From positions 9,897-73,896 of the forward strand of contig JBFWRP010000022.1 of assembly GCA_050248855.1 (NCBI GenBank): a stretch of DNA of 64,000 nt, written 5' to 3'. The translations under genes were made by a program, and so were the position numbers. Shown piece after piece: positions 57,848-64,000 of this stretch. The notes beneath the pieces were generated by a model. That model did not search any database. It had not been told where the DNA came from and saw only the letters and a program-made list of their open reading frames with translations. The stretch is from Planctomycetota bacterium. Lineage in GTDB: Bacteria; Planctomycetota; PLA2; JAEUHO01. Each line of letters opens with the position of its first letter. Positions within the stretch are counted from its first letter, which is position 1.

Positions 57848-60800
57848 CTACCGTGTCAGCAGGACGACGGATTCGCGGCGTGCGTGCTCATGCACGCCTG
57901 TGGCCATGCGCGCTAGCGCGCGAGCCACGGACGTCCGCAAGGGCGCATCCCAGTCGGTGTAGGAAATCGTCAAGGCTCTACGAAGCGTCATCAAGCCCCA
58001 GTAGGCCAGAAGCGGCGTTCGGGCCTCGCGCGACAATTGGAGCTCGTTCCCCGTCGTGCAAGCGGGCATCTCGCCCGCGATCGTCGCCTCGATGGCGCGC
58101 CCCAGCGCGACGGCCGCATCCATGGGCGCGGGCGGGCGTACCCCTCCGAAGGCCGCCCGTAGACCCAGATCGCGGTGCGCGCAGGCTTCAGCCGGGTCGT
58201 CTGCCGCGTGCTGCACCGCGACCTCGAGATGCCATGCCGCGAGGCCGTCCCCCGACTCCTCGCGCGACACGGCCTTGCGCCAGTCGGCGAGAACGCGGTT
58301 GGAGAGCTCGCGCTGGCCCTGTCGCCACGCGATATGGGCCTCGAGCTCCACGCGCGCCCTACCGAGTGGCCCCTCGCCGCGGCCGCGCGGATGGACAGGA
58401 ACGTGCTCGAGCGCCGCTGCAGCCTCGATGTAGCGGCCGCTGCTGGCGAGCAGGGTCGCCAGTACGAGGTGGGCGTGAGCCTCCATGAACGGAGCGCATA
58501 GGCGCGCAAGCTGGTTGATCGAGCGCTGTAGCAGGGATTCCGCCTCGCTCCAGCGGCGCAAGCACATGTAGGCCGCAGCCAGGTTGACGTCACAGACGAC
58601 GGCGTTGAGCGTGTGGTGGGAGGCCACGAACTCGGCACGCGCACGCAAATAGTCCTGAGCCGCGCTGGAAGGGGCCAACGCGGCGCGCGCCAACCCGCCG
58701 CGCACGAGCAGCGCGCGCCCGAGGGACGTACGGTCGTGCTGGGCCGTGGACATGGTCACGAGACGATCGGACACCTCATGGGCCAGCTGGTGTTCTCCTT
58801 CGGCCTGATGGTGGCTGGCCACCACGTACAGGGCCTGCAGGGCAGCAGCTGTCCCGTTCAAGCGCTCTGCCGCCGCCAAGAGCGCGTGGTGGTCGACAGC
58901 TTGCACTCCCTGGGCCCATTGCACGTGCGCAGCTCGGCGCAAGGCCGCATGTGCGGCGAGGTCGTCATCGCCGTGTGCGTCAGCCAGGCGCTCCAGGTGG
59001 CCGACGATGTCCTGGCTGTGTTCGACGTGGCCGGAGTCGAGAAGCGCCGATGCGAGGCGCACCAGTCCGCGACGGCCCTCATAGGCGATCCCGTCCTCGA
59101 TCCCGCCATCCAGCAGGCCCACGCGACGCGCCAGATTCACCATGCGGAGTACGTCGCTCCGTCCACTTGCCGCCAGCGCCTGCAAGGCTGCCCTTTGGGC
59201 CTTCCCGCAATCCTCGGCGTGGAGCCAGTGCAGCGCCTCGCCCTCGCGACTGGCGACATCGGAGGCAGGGGCCTGCTGCAGCCACGCGGCGCAGGCCTCG
59301 TGAAGGGGACGCCGCAGCGCCGGCGCTACGGTTGCGTACACGACATCCCGGACCAAGGGCGACACGAACCGGAAGTGACCGGCTCGCGGTGCGATCCAAG
59401 CACCATCGCGAACGAGCCTCTGCAGCGTGCGAAGCAGCGGCAAGGTAGGGCGCCCCGTGAGGTGGGCCAGCAACTGCGGGTCGATGTGCGTGCCGGCAAC
59501 AGCCGCCGCCTCCAAGACTTCGCGATCGTCGTCGTCCAACCCGTCCAGGGCGTGGCGGAGACTGCCCTCCACGTGGGCGGCGACCGCATGGGGTTGCCAC
59601 GTCGAGGACGGCACCACAGCCCGGTCGGTGACCGTGACGAGGTGGGATCGCGCGGCGTGGCGAGCTTGCGCAAGCAGCAGGCCCGGATTCCCTCCGGCTG
59701 CTTCAACGAGGTCGGCGCGCAGCTGGGCATCGACACGACGCGGCGCCCAATGGTCCATCAGCACGGCGTCCAAGTCGTCGGAACCCAAGGGCTTGAGCTG
59801 CTGGGGAACGAGACTGGGCGTGGAGGGGAGCGTGAAGGCATCGTCGCTCCTGGGCCCCGGCTGCCGCAGCGCCAGCACCAGCGCTACGGGAAGCTCTGCG
59901 AACTCGTTCATCAGCTGCTGCAAGAGTCGGCCGTCATCGCGATTGGCAAGCGTCAGATCGTCGATGGTGACGAGGGCGGGCGCCTGGCGCGTTCCGCGTG
60001 CTACCCATGTGGCGAGTGACTCGACCAGCTCTTCGGTCCCGTGACCCAATGCGATGCCCGCGTTGGCGAGGGCGAGGCGCAGCGCTCGCGGCAGTCCACC
60101 CAATGGGGTGAGGTGCACGTCGAGCCACGACCATCCACGGGACCTGGCCTCGGCGCCTGCACTCACGACCAGGCGAGTGAGTCCGGCGCCCTCGGGGCCG
60201 AGCAGCGCAACTCCATGAAGGCGTGCGTCCGTCGCGACTTGATCGAGCGCGCCGTTGATGGCGAGCATCTCCTCGCGGCGCCCACGTAGTGGACTTCCGG
60301 TGGTACAGCGTCGGGGAGTCGACGAGCTCGCGGCCGGACGTGCTGCATCGAGAAGTGCAGCGACATCCCGGGCTGCCGCGGGCCGCGCTGCGCGGTCACG
60401 CTGGAGGCACGCGGCGACGGCGCGCGCGATGGTGGCGGGAGCGGAGTCGGGCAGCGGCGGGATGGGCGCGCCGTGGATGCAGCCGAACAAGCCAGCCAAT
60501 GACTCCGCCTGGAACGGACGCTCGGCGGTCACGAGCACGTGCATGAGCACCCCGAGGCTCCAGAGATCAGAGGCCGGAGATGCGACCTCGCCGTTCAAGA
60601 GCTCGGGAGCCATGAAGTGCGGCGTTCCCACGAGCCGTCGGTCGCTTGCAGAAAGGGATGCCTCACCCTGGTCACGGCCCAGACCGAAGTCGAGCAGCTT
60701 GACGGCACCGTTCGTGCCGAGCATCACGTTGGCGGGCTTGACGTCGCGGTGGATGATCCCCTGCTCGTGGGCTGCACCCAGCGCATCGCAGAGTGCTCGT

Positions 60801-61162
60801 GCGACGCGCTCTGCCTCCGGGCCAGGAAGTGGCCCCTCGATCTCGAGGCGCTCCTCGAGGTCCATGCCCTCCACGAGCTCCATCTCGAGCATGCGGCGCC
60901 CGTCGGCGTCGACGTGGATGTGGTGGAGGGTGACGATGTTGGGGTGGGCCAGTCGGCCCAGGACCTTGATCTCGCGTTCGATCAGCGACCAGCGCTTGTC
61001 GTCCAGCTCGAGGCCGCCGACGACCTTGAGGGCCACGTCGCGGCCGATGACCTCGTCGTGGGCGCGGTAGACGGCGCCGAAGGCCCCGCGGCCGATCTCC
61101 TCGACCACGCGCAGGGAGCCGACCCGGTCGCCGGGCAGCAGGTCGTGCGGCCGTCTCGTCAC
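57848..61162 (-). CDS. Ser/Thr kinase fused to STAND/AAA_16-like domain (degenerate P-loop) and TPR-like C-terminus
   Basis: GRGAFGAV, ALK, HRDVKPAN, DFG, GTPHFMAPE; LRGRREE, GPEGAGLTR, IDDL, AGGNP, FRFVSPLVRDVVY; GTG 61162 with GGAGGG RBS. Confidence 0.88.
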   Translation of the reverse strand: MTRRPHDLLPGDRVGSLRVVEEIGRGAFGAVYRAHDEVIGRDVALKVVGGLELDDKRWSLIEREIKVLGRLAHPNIVTLHHIHVDADGRRMLEMELVEGMDLEERLEIEGPLPGPEAERVARALCDALGAAHEQGIIHRDVKPANVMLGTNGAVKLLDFGLGRDQGEASLSASDRRLVGTPHFMAPELLNGEVASPASDLWSLGVLMHVLVTAERPFQAESLAGLFGCIHGAPIPPLPDSAPATIARAVAACLQRDRAARPAAARDVAALLDAARPAASSSTPRRCTTGSPLRGRREEMLAINGALDQVATDARLHGVALLGPEGAGLTRLVVSAGAEARSRGWSWLDVHLTPLGGLPRALRLALANAGIALGHGTEELVESLATWVARGTRQAPALVTIDDLTLANRDDGRLLQQLMNEFAELPVALVLALRQPGPRSDDAFTLPSTPSLVPQQLKPLGSDDLDAVLMDHWAPRRVDAQLRADLVEAAGGNPGLLLAQARHAARSHLVTVTDRAVVPSSTWQPHAVAAHVEGSLRHALDGLDDDDREVLEAAAVAGTHIDPQLLAHLTGRPTLPLLRTLQRLVRDGAWIAPRAGHFRFVSPLVRDVVYATVAPALRRPLHEACAAWLQQAPASDVASREGEALHWLHAEDCGKAQRAALQALAASGRSDVLRMVNLARRVGLLDGGIEDGIAYEGRRGLVRLASALLDSGHVEHSQDIVGHLERLADAHGDDDLAAHAALRRAAHVQWAQGVQAVDHHALLAAAERLNGTAAALQALYVVASHHQAEGEHQLAHEVSDRLVTMSTAQHDRTSLGRALLVRGGLARAALAPSSAAQDYLRARAEFVASHHTLNAVVCDVNLAAAYMCLRRWSEAESLLQRSINQLARLCAPFMEAHAHLVLATLLASSGRYIEAAAALEHVPVHPRGRGEGPLGRARVELEAHIAWRQGQRELSNRVLADWRKAVSREESGDGLAAWHLEVAVQHAADDPAEACAHRDLGLRAAFGGVRPPAPMDAAVALGRAIEATIAGEMPACTTGNELQLSREARTPLLAYWGLMTLRRALTISYTDWDAPLRTSVARALARMATGVHEHARRESVVLLTR

Positions 61163-61346
61163 GCGTCCCTCCCACCCCCGTCGGGGGGCCCGCCGAGCCC
61201 AAGCATCCGGGCTTTGGCGGGGGGCGCAAGCGGACCGGCAGATTTCGTGGCGGGCGGGAGGCCGCAACGTCGTGGGAGGGGGTGAAGGGGGGCTCCGAGT
61301 GGGCCCCAAAGCGTGAGCAACCGCGCGACGAATGTGTGATCGAGAG

Positions 61347-61424
61347 GGAACCGACCTCCCGGGCGCCTGGCCTCCCACCAGGCGCCCGGGGGTCACTTCG
61401 CGTGTGGCGGCGGTGCCCGGTTCC
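61347..61424. other. Strong intergenic stem-loop
   Basis: 17-bp stem with one bulge, 61353-61370 / 61378-61394; outer GGAACC(G)/(C)GGTTCC pairing, 61347-61353 / 61418-61424. Confidence 0.6.
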
Positions 61425-61475
61425 TTGCGGCGGAGCGCCAGCGCCGCGACCCGCGCGAGCAGGCCGGGGGAGCCG

Positions 61476-62258
61476 CTACGGGTGGAAGCGCTCGGCGGGG
61501 ACGGCGACGAGGTGCTCGGCGGAGCGGACATCGCCCCGGGGGCAGAGGCTTCCGTCGAGGTGCTGGACGACGTGTGCGGTGCCGTGGAGCACGTCGAAGA
61601 CGGCGCGCGCGTGACGCTTGCCGTGCGTGGCCACGATCCACGTGGGACGCACGGCTGCCAGCGTGTACGCAGCACCGCGCAGGACGTCACACTCCGCACC
61701 CTCGACATCGAGGCGCACGACGTGGGGACGACCGTGCTCGCGCACCAAGCCGTCGACGGTGCGGACCTCGACGTCCCTGCCGAGGAACGGGGCGTCACCG
61801 ATGGGAAGGCCGTGTCGCAGGAACAGCATGGTGCCAAGGCCTGCGCGCTCCCCCACCCGGCAGGCGACGACGTCGATGGGCAGGTCGTTGTTGAGCGCGG
61901 CCTGGGCACGGATGCTCGCGACGTGCTCGGGATGCGGCTCGACGGCCAGCACGTGACCCGTGGGACCCACCAGACGACCGGCGGCGACGCTGAAGAACCC
62001 GGCGTGCGCGGAGATGTCGAACACGCGCATGCCCGGCTCGAGCAGGCGCGCGAGGGCGTTCTGGACGTGGGGCTGGTGCGTGCCCATCCAGAGGGACGGG
62101 CCGTAGCGATGGTGGCGCCGCCAGGCGAGCCCGCGCGCGAGACCGGCACGGATGCGGACGACGGAACCGTCGGGCCAGATCCCGTGCCAGGGCCGGGCCA
62201 AGCGGAGGGCACCGGGCAGCTGGGCAACGGAGAAGAGCGCGCGGATGGTGGGTCGCAT
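61476..62258 (-). CDS. FkbM-family methyltransferase (variant SAM motif)
   Basis: FDISAHAGFFS, VEPHP, RLDVEGAE; clear paralogue of 42809-43597. Confidence 0.82.
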   Translation of the reverse strand: MRPTIRALFSVAQLPGALRLARPWHGIWPDGSVVRIRAGLARGLAWRRHHRYGPSLWMGTHQPHVQNALARLLEPGMRVFDISAHAGFFSVAAGRLVGPTGHVLAVEPHPEHVASIRAQAALNNDLPIDVVACRVGERAGLGTMLFLRHGLPIGDAPFLGRDVEVRTVDGLVREHGRPHVVRLDVEGAECDVLRGAAYTLAAVRPTWIVATHGKRHARAVFDVLHGTAHVVQHLDGSLCPRGDVRSAEHLVAVPAERFHP

Positions 62259-62481
62259 CGGGAGGACACCTCGAGGGGCAGACGATGGCATCGGCACGCA
62301 AGCGCGGTGCGCGCCCCCCCCGTGGGTCTGTCGGGAAACACCTCCTGCTGTGGCCACCGGGGCCCCCGCGACGAAGTGCGTCCAGACACGCCCTAGACGG
62401 CCGCCAGACTACACGAGGTCCCCCCCATCGCAGGCTCGGACCGTGACACGCGGACCATCGTCCGGGTCCTGCACCCGCGGT

Positions 62482-63336
62482 TCAGCGGGCCTCGGCCTCG
62501 CGCGCCCGCTTCGCACGGGCTGCGGCGATGCGCTGACGCGCGCCATCGATCGTCGACGCCAAGAGCGGCTCCTGGATGTCCCGCAACCGGGCGAAGTGCG
62601 CCTCGGCCTGTTCGAGCCGGCCCAGATCGATGGAGCAGAGGATCGCGCCCCACAACGCCAAGCCGCGATACCGGGGGGTCGCGTAGCTCGCGTTGGCGAG
62701 ATCCGTGACACGCCGCAAGGCCTCCTCCTTGCGCCCCAGCTCCATCAGGGGCCAGCACAGCTGCGTCACGCCGCGCTGACCAAGCTCCGACTCGGGCCCC
62801 GCGGTCTTGATGAGGTCCTCCAGCACGTCAACCTGCCGGGTCTGCGTCGGGACCTGCAGCGCGCGGAGGTTGGACGCGAGACGCGAGAGCGCTTCGCTGC
62901 GCTCCTCCGTCGTGAGGGCGCGCTTCAACAGCGTCTCGAGGGCCTCGACACGACGGGGGATGCCGATGGTCGGGTCGCCCGTGGCCCCGATGGCCTGCAG
63001 GGCCTCGTTGTCGAGCGTGGCGAGCTCGGGCTCGACCGCGCTCCCGATCGGTGGAACGCGCTCGATGATGCGTTCGGGCGGCGGAGGAGCCGGCATGGCC
63101 GGGGACGCGGGGGCGGACCGAGCCTCCGGGGATGCCGCGCGATGGGCGTGAAGTCCCGCGCCCGGTGGGGAAGCAGCCTCTTCGGGATCCGCCGCGCCCG
63201 CGAGGTTGCTTGCATCCGATGCCAAGCCTCCTGAGCCGTCACCCAGGAGGACCACGGCGCCATACGCGAGCAAGGCGCAGCCGGCTGCAACCAGGGCCGC
63301 CACCCAAGCAGCTGCTCCGGGCGGGCGCGGCGCCAT
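62482..63336 (-). CDS. Membrane-anchored TPR-like hypothetical protein
   Basis: AGGAGGA RBS, GTGATG overlap with upstream stop, N-terminal TM, Pro/Ala linker, helical repeats (LGRKEEAL, LGRLEQAE). Confidence 0.7.
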   Translation of the reverse strand: MAPRPPGAAAWVAALVAAGCALLAYGAVVLLGDGSGGLASDASNLAGAADPEEAASPPGAGLHAHRAASPEARSAPASPAMPAPPPPERIIERVPPIGSAVEPELATLDNEALQAIGATGDPTIGIPRRVEALETLLKRALTTEERSEALSRLASNLRALQVPTQTRQVDVLEDLIKTAGPESELGQRGVTQLCWPLMELGRKEEALRRVTDLANASYATPRYRGLALWGAILCSIDLGRLEQAEAHFARLRDIQEPLLASTIDGARQRIAAARAKRAREAEAR

Positions 63337-64000
63337 CACCGGTCCTCCTGCCGCTCGTCGTCTTGATCGAGATAGCCGCCAAAGCGCCGCTGGATGTCGG
63401 CGACCAGCTGCTGATCCGCGGGCGTGGCCACCTCGACGAGCGCGTGACGCGCCCGACGTGCGCGTGCCTTGTCGGGCACACCCACGGCGAACAGCACGCT
63501 GGCGTAGGCCCCTTGCGCCCGCGTGCTCGGGTCCGTGTGCTCGTCGGCGGACACCGCTTCGGCCAGCTCGAGCGCTTTGGCGAAGTCGCCACGCCGGCTC
63601 TCGTTCCACGCGCGAGCGAGCGTGATGCGGGAGGTCAACGCGTCGCCGGGAGCCAAGCGTTGCTCGAGCAGGTCCAACGTCTTCGCGGCGTGATCGAAGT
63701 GACGGCGGGTCGAGAATGTGTCGGCCAGGCCGAGCAGCCTCGTGTTGCGAACGTACTCGCTCAGGCCCGCTTCCTCGAGGAGGGGCCTCCACTCCCGCTC
63801 GGGCGACTCCAGCGGCGAAGGCACCACGCGCGTGACGACGGGCGTCGAGGCGGATGCTGCGTCCGGCGCGATCGCAGGAGCAACGGGCTCGTCGGGGACA
63901 CCGACAAGGGAGGGGCCCGGCGCGTCCGCGTCGAGCTCGCGACCCACGCTTGGCCGCGCGTCCTCGGGCGGCGGTGCCCGGTCGCGCGAGAGGGCCACCA
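63336..64000 (-). CDS. TPR-like hypothetical protein, C-terminal part (runs off window)
   Basis: Open frame to window edge; Pro-rich linker then helical repeats (RGDFAKALELAE). Confidence 0.65.
   Translation of the reverse strand, partial: VALSRDRAPPPEDARPSVGRELDADAPGPSLVGVPDEPVAPAIAPDAASASTPVVTRVVPSPLESPEREWRPLLEEAGLSEYVRNTRLLGLADTFSTRRHFDHAAKTLDLLEQRLAPGDALTSRITLARAWNESRRGDFAKALELAEAVSADEHTDPSTRAQGAYASVLFAVGVPDKARARRARHALVEVATPADQQLVADIQRRFGGYLDQDDERQEDR

Noticed and set aside
61275..61310. GGGGTGAA suggesting a c-di-AMP (ydaO) riboswitch
   Set aside because: The other conserved blocks of that motif are absent.
61163..62389. N-terminal 409 aa of the 1513-aa kinase ORF
   Set aside because: Overlaps the FkbM gene in another frame and is low complexity; the kinase begins near GTG 61162.

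Overview
High-GC bacterial window, probably from a Planctomycetota-like organism. This is an inference from the TIGR02999-type ECF sigma/Ser-Thr kinase pair, murD with a GLGRYGGG motif, mcsAB and a PEGA lipoprotein. About 1-37 kb is a large surface-glycan locus that runs off the left edge: wzc, two wza paralogues, wecA, wzm/wzt, about 12 GT2/GT4 enzymes, a STELLO/DUF288 protein, gmd, an AsnB-like amidotransferase, a carbamoyltransferase, FkbM methyltransferases, a GT-C-like membrane protein, an ATP-grasp/LMW-PTP fusion, an epimerase and a deacetylase. Next come a plant/fungal-like fatty-acid 2-hydroxylase, PEGA-murD-mcsA-mcsB, and a dTDP-rhamnose operon split by an FkbM gene and an intact IS5-family element. 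These are followed by an MBOAT/SGNH pair, a GT-C, a trypsin-like protease, two divergent ECF sigma factors with two large kinases, and tandem TPR-like proteins. The most notable points are a Wzc with six inserted Ca-binding-type 15-aa repeats, the ATP-grasp-Wzb fusion, a family of 98-bp GTACGGAG-ended REPIN-like palindromes, and a eukaryote-like FAH. No rRNA, tRNA or CRISPR array was seen. Start codons were refined by eye from RBS and overlaps, and all product calls come from motifs without database searches.
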